From the NCBI GenBank assembly GCA_001774685.1, contig MFAS01000001.1, positions 607,557 to 671,556 of the forward strand: a stretch of DNA of 64,000 nt, written 5' to 3'. The stretch is from Candidatus Collierbacteria bacterium RIFOXYD2_FULL_45_13 (GTDB taxonomy: Bacteria > Patescibacteriota > Microgenomatia > UBA1400 > MFAQ01). The position numbers and the translations under genes are program-made. The notes under the pieces were generated by a model. That model ran no database searches and was not told the origin of the DNA. It worked only from the letters and a program-made list of their open reading frames with translations. This document shows, in pieces, positions 31,118 through 40,078 of this stretch; positions within the stretch are counted from its first letter, which is position 1, and each line of letters opens with the position of its first letter.

Positions 31118-31763
31118 TATATTGAAAGGCAAACAATGAGGGGAATTTCTTTACGATACCATATTGCCACGATTCAGGTAGTCTATCGGTGATTTTGTAT
31201 AGAAAAGGTACTTTGCACATGCCGTTTGTCGGAATAACCCTCATTTTTTTATAGCCGCATTTTTTGAGTAGTTTACCAATACTGTCTATTGTGTAAAATC
31301 TTACGTGAGTGTTGTCCAAAATCCCTGTAGTCGAGTACTCAAATCGTCCCAGGAGAAGCATCCAGCGGATTGACGCGTGTGCAATATTTGGAATGGAAAC
31401 GATTACTTTTCCGTCGGACTTCAAATGTTTCTTGATTATTGACAGAACGTTTTCCGGGTGAAGCAAATGCTCGATGACATCCAAAACAATTACATAATCA
31501 AAGTACTTCATTGGTACAGACAGACCCCTTGTTTCGTCCAGGTTGCAGACCACCACCTTCTTACAATACTTTGCCGCCTTCTTGGCCGCTTTTGCATCGT
31601 AATCCACCCCCCAAGTTTCACATTTTCTCTTAGACAGTTCCTTGGCAAAATAGCCCGTTGCGCACCCAATATCGAGAACTTTGCTGTTTTCCCTGATTAG
31701 GTCAAATGCCAATCTATGAACCTCGTACTTGTTATTGTTAAACTCATCATAGCGGTATTGCAT
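31092..31763 (-). CDS. Class I SAM methyltransferase (glycan locus type)
   Basis: VLDIGCATG, DVIEHL..P, SIPN and GILD.TH.RFYT. Confidence 0.88.
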   Translation of the reverse strand: MQYRYDEFNNNKYEVHRLAFDLIRENSKVLDIGCATGYFAKELSKRKCETWGVDYDAKAAKKAAKYCKKVVVCNLDETRGLSVPMKYFDYVIVLDVIEHLLHPENVLSIIKKHLKSDGKVIVSIPNIAHASIRWMLLLGRFEYSTTGILDNTHVRFYTIDSIGKLLKKCGYKKMRVIPTNGMCKVPFLYKITDRLPESWQYGIVKKFPSLFAFQYITVTKQVS

Positions 31764-31772
31764 GATTATGAT

Positions 31773-32441
31773 TTAGAAAAACTCAATTTCCTGTCTAAAG
31801 TGGAACTCAGCCACAGCTCTCTTAATAAGTCTGAAAAAATCCTGAAGACGATGGGTGTATGGTTTGTGAACAGATATTTTCGCAACGTTTTTCTTAAGAG
31901 ATAATTTAATTTTCTTTAAGAGCTTCTCATTATTCTTCTTCATCCCCACCAGAATGATATGCTGAGGATTAAGCCTCACTTCATCGTCAAAAGGGGGAGA
32001 TATCGCAACAGTCAATTTACCCTCCAAGTTCTGAAAAAGGATACCTAGCCCATAGGGTGTGTATCGAAAATAGTCGGACGGATGTTTATGGATCGGAAAA
32101 TTTTGTTGACTGGATACTATGGCCACTCCTTTTGGTTTTAATACTCTCTCAATCTCGGCGGCCACCAGCCAGGGTTTGTCGGCATGTTCCAAGGTTTCCA
32201 AACAAAGAACCAGGTCGAAGTGGTTATCGGGAAACGGCAACTTGTTTGCACTGGCTACCACGTCGACACCGGGACCTTCTTGCATATCCAGTCCAATAAA
32301 CGTCCCAGAATGAAACAGCTCTCTTACGTCAGCTAAATCATTTTGGTTTACTGCCTGCCTGGAACCTATCTCCAGGATCTGCTTTGGATTATCGACATTG
32401 GTACTGATTATCTCAACTGCTGCTCGAAGTGGCTTGGTCAT
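31773..32441 (-). CDS. Class I SAM methyltransferase (type 11-like)
   Basis: LEIGS, GPGVD, LPFPD..FD, LEH, RVLKP.G and HP.DYFRYT. Confidence 0.85.
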   Translation of the reverse strand: MTKPLRAAVEIISTNVDNPKQILEIGSRQAVNQNDLADVRELFHSGTFIGLDMQEGPGVDVVASANKLPFPDNHFDLVLCLETLEHADKPWLVAAEIERVLKPKGVAIVSSQQNFPIHKHPSDYFRYTPYGLGILFQNLEGKLTVAISPPFDDEVRLNPQHIILVGMKKNNEKLLKKIKLSLKKNVAKISVHKPYTHRLQDFFRLIKRAVAEFHFRQEIEFF

Positions 32442-32459
32442 TGGGTTAGAATATAGCAG

Positions 32460-33290
32460 ATGCAAGAAAAATTATCAGCCGTCATCCTTAACTACAAACA
32501 CCCTGAGGACACGATCAGCTGCCTCCGTGCTCTTAAAAAAAGCGAAGATGGAGATCGAGCAGTTTATTATATAGTCGATAATTCTCCGGATCCCAAGGTA
32601 GAAGAAAGGTTTAAGAAACTATTCCCAAAAATCCACTATATTGGCTCACCAACCAATCCCGGATTTGCGGCAGGCAACAATCTAGCCATCCGCCAAGCCT
32701 TAAAAGCAGGATCAAGTCACGTCCTGATTATCAATCCGGACGCCACCGTGGGACACTCTTTTTTCCGCCCGCTCCTGACACATTTTTCTGACAAAAAAGT
32801 TGGCATAGTGGCACCTGTTATCTATCACGAACAAAAACGCCGGAAGATTTATGGTTTGGAGGGTAAGGTTGATTGGAAGTATGCAAAACCGGAACACCGG
32901 AATTTATCCGACGTCCACGAATTAGGACCCATTATTTCCGAGTTTGTCACTTTTGCTTGTGTTCTTATCAGTGCCGACACCTTTAAGCAGGCCGGTCTAT
33001 TGGACGAGGAGTACTTCATGTATTTTGAAGATGTGGATTACTGTCTGTCGGCTGGACGTGTGGGTAAAAAAATTATTCTTGATCCCTCGGTTGTAGTTTT
33101 CCACAATACCTCATCTTCCTTTAAGAGACCGACACAGAAACTTTTAATCAGCTTCAAAAGCCATCTTCGATTTATCACCAAATGGCTTCCACCGACGAAA
33201 CGTCTGGTTCCATACATTTACGCCTTCACTCTCTATCCATATCTTTTCCTGCTTTGGACTTATCAGGGATTTAAATATGCAAAACACTGA
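32460..33290 (+). CDS. GT2 family glycosyltransferase (WbbL-like)
   Basis: VILNY, VDN, GFAAGNN, NPD and YFMYFEDVDYC. Confidence 0.9.
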   Translation: MQEKLSAVILNYKHPEDTISCLRALKKSEDGDRAVYYIVDNSPDPKVEERFKKLFPKIHYIGSPTNPGFAAGNNLAIRQALKAGSSHVLIINPDATVGHSFFRPLLTHFSDKKVGIVAPVIYHEQKRRKIYGLEGKVDWKYAKPEHRNLSDVHELGPIISEFVTFACVLISADTFKQAGLLDEEYFMYFEDVDYCLSAGRVGKKIILDPSVVVFHNTSSSFKRPTQKLLISFKSHLRFITKWLPPTKRLVPYIYAFTLYPYLFLLWTYQGFKYAKH

Positions 33291-34416
33291 TAACGGTCGG
33301 CTAACCAAACTGGACGGTCTACGCGGTATTCTCTCGCTGATAGTGGCCCTGAACCATTCTTTCTTGGTGGTTGCGATACCAGCCTACGCCAACGTTTGGG
33401 GCCAAAATTATCTGACCTTTACCAATCTTCAGGCCAAACTCCAGCAGCTTTTTATGCTAATCGGCAATGGTGGAGCCGCCGTGACTATGTTTTTTATTCT
33501 TTCCGGTCTGGTACTGGGCCAGTCAATGAGCAGGGTCAACCTTACGGTCCGGGGGTTCTTGGGTTTCTACCTTAAGCGTCTCCTGAGACTGTACCCAGTC
33601 TATGTAGTCGTAATTTTGATTACCGCAATTTATATGAGAACCGGATTCCAGTATCAAACGTTTCCTTTTGCTTCCGCTTGGTATCTTTGGTGGATGAATT
33701 TCCAAATGACGGTTAAGGAGTTTCTTTATAATTTGTTCTTTATTCATACATATCTTGGAGGTGTGACTTGGACACTTAGAGTGATTTTGATTGCCTCTTT
33801 TGTTATGCCCGCTCTTTATCAATTGTCCAAGACAACGAGCCGTTTAACCAACCTGATACTTTCGCTATTGTTGGTCCTTGCGAGTTTTGCGATATTTAAT
33901 ATTAGCGGTTTCAGAGATTTACGCTACTTGTACATGTTTTATCTTGGTTTGATCCTTCCCAGGTATAAAGGTTTTTTTACGGCCATTCCGGGCTGGTTAA
34001 TTCATTCTTCTGCTCCCTTCGTTTTGATTTCGCTTCTGTCCGTTCGACATGTCACCGACGAATACTTAGGTGGTCTGATCGAAAGTGTCGTCGCGTGGTT
34101 TGCCATAGGAACCATCGTATTCGGCATCCAAACCAAGATGTTTGATTTCTTTAACAACAAAGTCCTCCTATTTTTCGGAAGGATTTCCTATAGCCTCTAT
34201 TTGGTTCATTTTACCGTCCTTTATATCTTAGCCAGGGTGATGTTCAATGTGTATCCAAACCTCCCATACGGCAGTGCCTACTTCATAATTCATGTTTCCC
34301 TGTTTATTCTGTCTTTGTCTATAGCCACCCTGATTTCCCTCTTGGTTTATCGTTATGTTGAGATACCTTCTTCACAAGTGGGCAGTGCCCTTAACAAAAA
34401 AATACAGCAATTATGA
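33277..34416 (+). CDS. Acyltransferase-3 (OafA-like)
   Basis: LDGLRG..V..H, FFILSG, RLLRLYP, WTL, GRISYSLYLVH and YRYVEIP. Confidence 0.92.
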   Translation: MQNTDNGRLTKLDGLRGILSLIVALNHSFLVVAIPAYANVWGQNYLTFTNLQAKLQQLFMLIGNGGAAVTMFFILSGLVLGQSMSRVNLTVRGFLGFYLKRLLRLYPVYVVVILITAIYMRTGFQYQTFPFASAWYLWWMNFQMTVKEFLYNLFFIHTYLGGVTWTLRVILIASFVMPALYQLSKTTSRLTNLILSLLLVLASFAIFNISGFRDLRYLYMFYLGLILPRYKGFFTAIPGWLIHSSAPFVLISLLSVRHVTDEYLGGLIESVVAWFAIGTIVFGIQTKMFDFFNNKVLLFFGRISYSLYLVHFTVLYILARVMFNVYPNLPYGSAYFIIHVSLFILSLSIATLISLLVYRYVEIPSSQVGSALNKKIQQL

Positions 34417-35177
34417 AAATTTCCGCCATTGTCTTGACAAAAAAACCCGAACTGAGCCAGTTATTATTGGACTCACTTTCATTTGCCGGCGAAATCCTGA
34501 TAATTGTCGACTTAGCCCCACCAACTCAACTCCGTCATTACGAATCTCGTACTCGAGCTGTGGCAATCTCATCCCACCAAAAAACAAAAATCTTCTACCA
34601 TCCCCTCAATAACGATTTTGCCTCGCAAAGAAATTTTGGACTTCAAAAGGCCAAAGGTGACTGCGTCCTTTTTGTCGATGATGACGAGTATGTTGGCACA
34701 GAGCTCGCCCTGGAGATTAAAGAGACCATTCGGAGGAAGCAATACTCCGGGTACTTTATCAGACGTCAAGATGTCGTGTATCGCCAGCCACTCCTCCACG
34801 GAGAAACCGGTAACCTAAAACTTCTTCGTCTCGCCAGAAGAAAGTCGGGGACGTTTGTCAGACCGGTACACGAGTTTTGGAAAGTGCGCGGCAGGGTAGG
34901 GGAACTCTCTTCTCCGCTTTACCATATTAAAGACCAATTTGTATCCGAGTTTATTTCTCGTCTCGACCGATACGGCCGAATCGACTCAAAAATTCTTGAG
35001 CTCGAGGGGAAACCTTTTTCCTGGTTCCGTTTACTGGTGTATCCTATGGCAAAATTCAAACTAAATTACTATCTTCGTGCAGGTTTTCTCGATGGCTTGG
35101 CCGGTTTATTTCTTGCCTATTTGATGGCGGTTCAATCACTATCTATTCGGGTTTTTCAATGGGAAAACAAAAACTAG
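34413..35177 (+). CDS. GT2 family glycosyltransferase carrying a repeat-derived insert
   Basis: KISAIVLTK, DFASQRNFG, FVDDDE, VHE and GFLDGLAG. Confidence 0.88.
   Translation: MKISAIVLTKKPELSQLLLDSLSFAGEILIIVDLAPPTQLRHYESRTRAVAISSHQKTKIFYHPLNNDFASQRNFGLQKAKGDCVLFVDDDEYVGTELALEIKETIRRKQYSGYFIRRQDVVYRQPLLHGETGNLKLLRLARRKSGTFVRPVHEFWKVRGRVGELSSPLYHIKDQFVSEFISRLDRYGRIDSKILELEGKPFSWFRLLVYPMAKFKLNYYLRAGFLDGLAGLFLAYLMAVQSLSIRVFQWENKN
34533..34569 (+). repeat. Palindromic REP/RPE-like element, copy 1 (inside CDS)
   Basis: cgtcattacgaatctcgtactcgagctgtggcaatct; near-identical to 49196-49232. Confidence 0.75.
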
Positions 35178-36490
35178 TCATTATTCTCATATCCATACCG
35201 CTTGTAGCTCTGGTTGTTCTAAACTTCCTGTTGGTTTTTACGCCGGAAATGGGTTTTGACGCTCTTTGGTATCACTTAACGCTTCCCAAACTCTGGCTTC
35301 TTAAGCATCAATGGTACTTCCCCGGTGGGCTATTATATTACTCGGTTATGCCCCGGCTAGCCGAGACGCTATATATCCCCCTGCTTCAACTGTTTGGTAC
35401 TTCCGGCCCTAAGATGGCCCAATATCTAGCCGGATTAGGGTCGGGAGTTTTCATTTGGAAGGTCTTGTCAGAAAACAAAATACCCAAAGCCATGAAACTG
35501 GCCGGTGTCTCTCTTTTTTACTGCACCTGGTTGGTTGGTTGGCAGTCGGGAAGTGCCTATGTTGACTTAATCAGAACCTTTTTTGAAGTAGCCGCACTTT
35601 ACTACAGCCTTCGAGGTTCGTGGAAAATCGGTGGTTTATTTTTAGGTCTGGCGATTGGCACCAAGTGGTTTTCACTAGGATCATTGGCGATCTTTTCACT
35701 TGTTTTTGGACCTCAGATTATTTTTCCCGCACTTCTGGTCTCCCTTCCGTGGTTTCTCATCGCCTATCATTTCACCGGAAATCCCATCTACCCAATTTTC
35801 AGTGGCGTTATCGAAAATTCGTTTGCTGGGTTTGGTGATGCTGTAAAGCACCTATTGTTGGCACCTTTCTATCTTACCCACCCCTTCGACGATTTTATTT
35901 CTCCTGTCGTGGGGGTGATTTTTGTACTCGCCATCCTTTCGTTAAAAAGCAGACAGAAACCTTTCCGCCAAATCGCTTTGGTGGGTCTTTTGGGAACCAT
36001 TTTGACTTTAGTGATAAATCCACCCTCCACTCGCTTCTTTCTACCATACCTGCCCAGCCTAGCTGTAGCAGCCATAATATTCATTCGATCCCTTCGTCGA
36101 TCGTTGTGGAAAAAGTTATTTTTGTACTCCGTGGTTCTTTCCGGTTTCTTTGTTTTGTCAATCAGATTGATTGCCATGTCGAAATACGTGCCCATTCTCA
36201 TCGGATCTATGGACTGGAAAACTTTCCTGGTCAGCCACTACTCTCGTTTACCTGGAACATTCATAGATTCTGACGGTTATGTGGCGAAACTTCCTGAAGG
36301 CAGTAAGATATTGGTAGACAAGCTTCATAATTTGTATTATTTTCCCCGAGATTTTGACCATACCTCTTGGGTTTCAAACGCATCTGGGTATGATTATCTG
36401 GTGACGTTGGGGGCTGATCCAAGTAGAATATCCGGCCAACTAATCCACCAAAATGAATTACAAATACAGACATTCAAATTGAACAAATGA
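35159..36490 (+). CDS. Polytopic membrane protein, GT-C-like
   Basis: FDALWYHL..P after TM1, AYVD, GLAIGTK and TGNPIYP. Confidence 0.7.
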   Translation: MGKQKLVIILISIPLVALVVLNFLLVFTPEMGFDALWYHLTLPKLWLLKHQWYFPGGLLYYSVMPRLAETLYIPLLQLFGTSGPKMAQYLAGLGSGVFIWKVLSENKIPKAMKLAGVSLFYCTWLVGWQSGSAYVDLIRTFFEVAALYYSLRGSWKIGGLFLGLAIGTKWFSLGSLAIFSLVFGPQIIFPALLVSLPWFLIAYHFTGNPIYPIFSGVIENSFAGFGDAVKHLLLAPFYLTHPFDDFISPVVGVIFVLAILSLKSRQKPFRQIALVGLLGTILTLVINPPSTRFFLPYLPSLAVAAIIFIRSLRRSLWKKLFLYSVVLSGFFVLSIRLIAMSKYVPILIGSMDWKTFLVSHYSRLPGTFIDSDGYVAKLPEGSKILVDKLHNLYYFPRDFDHTSWVSNASGYDYLVTLGADPSRISGQLIHQNELQIQTFKLNK

Positions 36491-37569
36491 CCTATTTTCT
36501 ACTTATTCTTAGTCTTTTTGCCTGGCCTTTCGGTCAACTACTGGCCTTTTCGGTTCCGGGATTTTCTATAAACATATATTTGCTGGATCTACTGGTTGGT
36601 CTGCTTACTATATCTCTAGTGTTAAGCCCGTTGGCTTGGAAGAAAGTCGCTTCTGATACATTGTTTAGACCGTTAATGTACTTTAACCTGATTGCCGGCT
36701 TGTCTCTGCTGGTGAACCTGCAGACATTAATTACCAGTGCCACCGCCCATTCAATTCTGTATCTTGCCCGTCTCTTTGCATACCCTTCGGTTTACTTCGC
36801 CGCCAAACTTTTTCCTCCCAAAAAAACCATTAGCCCAGTAATTTTTTCATTTATTCTCTTCTGTATTCTAGGCGTCCTCCAGTATCTGCGTTTCCCCGAC
36901 ATGAGATATCTGAAGTTAGTTGGTTTTGACGATCACTACTTTCGCCTGATCGGCTCACTCTACGATCCTAACTTTACCGGTGCCATTTTGGCCGCAGCCT
37001 CCTTATTCTTTATCGCCTTGAGTAATTGGGCCGCGAGTCTTCCTTTGATAGTTCTGCTCGCCTTAACTTTTTCAAGGGCCTCTTATCTCAGTTTTGCCTT
37101 GGGCATGGTTTATCTGCTGGTAAAAGACAAGAAGTACCCGCTGATTCTTTTTCTGGTTGGTCTGACCATCTTGGTTTGGCTGATACCCAAACCATTCGGT
37201 GAAGGGGTAAACTTATTTCGAACCTTCTCTATTTTCTCACGCCTCGACAGCTGGGAGTCCGGGATGAGTTTGTTTGTACAAAAACCTCTGTTTGGCTGGG
37301 GTTACAACACTCTTCGCGATCTTACCGGTTCGAGATTTCAGATTGACAATAGTTATCTTTATGTGGCCGTTACCACAGGATTACTTGGATTGGTTTTCTA
37401 CATCAGATTATTAATGAAATGTCTTCGAGGACTACTGTTGCCCAAAAAAGTTTTTCTCTATGTCTTGTTTATTCATAGTCTGTTTAACAACAGCCTTTTT
37501 TTTATCTGGATAAACTTTGCTTTCTGGATCGTTCTAGCCCTTCCGGTTAGGGAGTATAAAGAAGATTGA
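36487..37569 (+). CDS. O-antigen ligase/Wzy-like membrane protein
   Basis: R.IG...DPNF.G, LTFSRA, SR...W, PLFGWG and DNSY..V...G.LG. Confidence 0.85.
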   Translation: MTYFLLILSLFAWPFGQLLAFSVPGFSINIYLLDLLVGLLTISLVLSPLAWKKVASDTLFRPLMYFNLIAGLSLLVNLQTLITSATAHSILYLARLFAYPSVYFAAKLFPPKKTISPVIFSFILFCILGVLQYLRFPDMRYLKLVGFDDHYFRLIGSLYDPNFTGAILAAASLFFIALSNWAASLPLIVLLALTFSRASYLSFALGMVYLLVKDKKYPLILFLVGLTILVWLIPKPFGEGVNLFRTFSIFSRLDSWESGMSLFVQKPLFGWGYNTLRDLTGSRFQIDNSYLYVAVTTGLLGLVFYIRLLMKCLRGLLLPKKVFLYVLFIHSLFNNSLFFIWINFAFWIVLALPVREYKED

Positions 37570-38236
37570 AGACTCTCTCGGTCGAGTTCCCCGCTTTATC
37601 GGACGCCACCACCTTTATTTCATTGCTTCCATTCTGCAGCTGGATCCGTTGTACGAAAGTTCCGTCCTTCTCTACCACCACAAAAGAAGTATTTATGATT
37701 ATTTGGGCGTCACTTTTATTGGCTTCCCCTTTGATATCGACGACTTGGTTGTTCTTTCCGAAAAACTCTGTACCATCCTTTGGTGAGGTAATCGTAACCT
37801 CGATTGGTTTACGGTCCAATTGAACCATCTCTACTTCCGAGACACTCGTGTTTCCGGCCTCGTCTGTTGCTCTTATCTGGACTCTGTTTGACTCGGCGTC
37901 AAGTGTGGCGATGATTGAAAACGAGCCATCTGCCTTAGCTTTGTCAGTTAAAGAAATTCGGTCATTTATCAGAATATCCAAGGAAGCATTTGCTTCGGTG
38001 TAACCCTCTATCAACAAAGAAGCGCTATTGGTGGCGTCAGGAAGGGCGGAAAGCGTCGGGGCCTGAGGCGGAATTAGATCTTGGTCAGTGTTTTGTCTGG
38101 GAGAACCCTTGCCGGCCACAATTTCAATGAAAAAAGGAATGCCCCATTTGAACAAAACAATCACAAAGACAATTGAGAGAAGTATGTAATATCTGGACTT
38201 GTTTTTTTCTTTGGCTGCTCTATATCTCCCGGACAT
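37547..38236 (-). CDS. Membrane-anchored protein with two Ig-like domains
   Basis: One TM, then repeated DG.F......G.N......A.D.AGN; TATGAT 6 nt upstream of ATG 38236. Confidence 0.75.
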   Translation of the reverse strand: MSGRYRAAKEKNKSRYYILLSIVFVIVLFKWGIPFFIEIVAGKGSPRQNTDQDLIPPQAPTLSALPDATNSASLLIEGYTEANASLDILINDRISLTDKAKADGSFSIIATLDAESNRVQIRATDEAGNTSVSEVEMVQLDRKPIEVTITSPKDGTEFFGKNNQVVDIKGEANKSDAQIIINTSFVVVEKDGTFVQRIQLQNGSNEIKVVASDKAGNSTERVFNLLYTP

Positions 38237-38280
38237 ATGTTTATCATAGTATAAATCAAAAGCGCTCATAAAAAACCCAC

Positions 38281-38574
38281 CTAAGTGGTGGGTTTGGTTG
38301 ATTTTTGCTTAATCAGGAAAGTAATCTTCATATAACCGGGTTTGAGTGTATCAGCGTGAGGGTTGAACGTTAAGTATACTAAATGGCCTTCATCGTTAAA
38401 GGTGAGTTTTCCCAGTTCCGGATTCCCCACAAAAATGGAATACAAACTAACTTCGTTATCTGGGTACTGCACCTTCATAATTGTTTGAACCTGGTGTATC
38501 GCCTCAAACAGACTCGTTTCGTTTGGAATTGGCCAAATAACGGTCACTGGTTCTGGTTTCATTTTGTCAGCCAA
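38281..38574 (-). CDS. Hypothetical protein (TTG start)
   Basis: SD AAGGAGG upstream of TTG 38574; the longer ORF call would overlap tRNA-Gly. Confidence 0.55.
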   Translation of the reverse strand: MADKMKPEPVTVIWPIPNETSLFEAIHQVQTIMKVQYPDNEVSLYSIFVGNPELGKLTFNDEGHLVYLTFNPHADTLKPGYMKITFLIKQKSTKPTT

Positions 38575-38648
38575 CTTAACCTCCTTGTTAATTTGCGTTA
38601 ACCAAAATTGTACCACTTGTGCGCCAAATGCATTAAAATAACCCCATC

Positions 38649-38719
38649 GCGGGATTAGTTCACCGGTAGAATAACTCCTTCCCAAGGAGTAGAAGGGGGT
38701 TCGATTCCCCTATCCCGCT
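38649..38719 (+). tRNA. tRNA-Gly(CCC)
   Basis: Acceptor gcgggat/atcccgc; anticodon arm actcc-ttCCCaa-ggagt; T-arm ggggg-ttcgatt-cccct. Confidence 0.92.
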
Positions 38720-38753
38720 CCCTGTTTTTTTGTAAGATAGTATACTTATAGAT

Positions 38754-39347
38754 ATGGTCAAAGTTGTGATGCTGTTGATCCTGCTCGCGGTACTCACTCT
38801 GGGCATTATCTGGATCATCGAAAAATCTCCACCAAAGAACCCAGCCGACGATCTCTTGGTTTCCAACTCCCTTGCTATCCCAGAGCCGGAAACCTTAGGG
38901 GCTTCGACCACGATTGCCCCCAGGCCTTCAAATTGGAAACAATATTCGGACAGGGTCATGGGTTTTCAGATTCAATATCCAGATGGCATCACCGTCAAAA
39001 AAGAGAATAGTGGCACGCTAACTGTTGCCAAAGACAGATTGATTGTTTCAATTTCCAGTGAGACGTTACCAGGTAAGGATACGGTGAATACTGTTGCCGA
39101 GCAAGACATTGACCAAAAAATGAACAAAATGGGGGATAAGTTTGAGCTATTGGAGACAATCTCCCCCGTTTCTATTGGCTCGATTACCGGTATTACCTAT
39201 ACCGCGGAAGAGTACTCAACAGAGATAACTTATTTTTACGTTCCAAAAGCCACAGGGTATCTATTTATCACAAATTTAACGGATATTTCCGACGACAAAT
39301 TGATTTCTACTTCAGACGATATCATCTATTCACTGGAGCTGCTCTAG
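38754..39347 (+). CDS. Membrane-anchored PsbP-like protein
   Basis: N-terminal TM; WKQY....GFQIQYP pattern. Confidence 0.55.
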   Translation: MVKVVMLLILLAVLTLGIIWIIEKSPPKNPADDLLVSNSLAIPEPETLGASTTIAPRPSNWKQYSDRVMGFQIQYPDGITVKKENSGTLTVAKDRLIVSISSETLPGKDTVNTVAEQDIDQKMNKMGDKFELLETISPVSIGSITGITYTAEEYSTEITYFYVPKATGYLFITNLTDISDDKLISTSDDIIYSLELL

Positions 39348-39375
39348 TGGCACGTAATTAGTTTACAATAGTCCC

Positions 39376-40077
39376 GTGCCACCCTTTCAGTATCGGGTTA
39401 TACGTTCCAATAGTATGACCTCCGCCACCACCATCCGAGTTCACCCAGACGGGGGAGTCATTGTTCGTGCACCGTTTTGGCTACCCGCATTTTCTATCCA
39501 AAAATTTGTTGACGAAAAAACCGACTGGATTCTCAGGTCTCTCGCTAGAACCAAGCCATCTGTCTCTGCCAAAAAATACAGAGAGGGGGATAAGCATCTC
39601 TACTTTGGCCGGGAGTATCCGCTTAAGATAAAAACGGTTGATAGACCAACGAGGACGCTCATCGAGTTGGCTGAAGATTGCATAGTTGTCTGTCTTTTTC
39701 GAGGGCATTCCGAAGACAAGAGAATAGCTGAGATAAGGGACGGTCTCTTACGCTGGTATCTGGAAACCGGCATCTCGGTTATTACCGAAAAAGTTAACGT
39801 GTATACCGAAAAAATTGGTGTGAACTACAGCCGTATCGATATCAAAAAGGTTTCATCTATCTGGGGAAGCTGTTCACCAAGTAACAAGCTTTGTTTCAAT
39901 CGCAAACTAATTATGGCTCCGCATGAGGTGGTTGATTATGTGATCATTCACGAAGTCTGTCACCTGGTGCACAGAAACCACGGAAGCCACTTCTGGGGGC
40001 TTGTCGCCAAGTTTGATCCAAAATACAAGGAACATCGTCGCTGGTTGTACCGCAATCATTCTTTACTTTCGATTTAA
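39376..40077 (+). CDS. YgjP/DUF45-family metal-dependent hydrolase
   Basis: V.VRAP, WGSCS and DYVIIHEVCHLVH.NH...FW (HExxH). Confidence 0.9.
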   Translation: MPPFQYRVIRSNSMTSATTIRVHPDGGVIVRAPFWLPAFSIQKFVDEKTDWILRSLARTKPSVSAKKYREGDKHLYFGREYPLKIKTVDRPTRTLIELAEDCIVVCLFRGHSEDKRIAEIRDGLLRWYLETGISVITEKVNVYTEKIGVNYSRIDIKKVSSIWGSCSPSNKLCFNRKLIMAPHEVVDYVIIHEVCHLVHRNHGSHFWGLVAKFDPKYKEHRRWLYRNHSLLSI

Positions 40078-40078
40078 A

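Noticed and set aside
38575-38685. N-terminal extension of ORF 38281-38685
   Set aside because: Overlaps tRNA-Gly; a clear SD points to TTG 38574.
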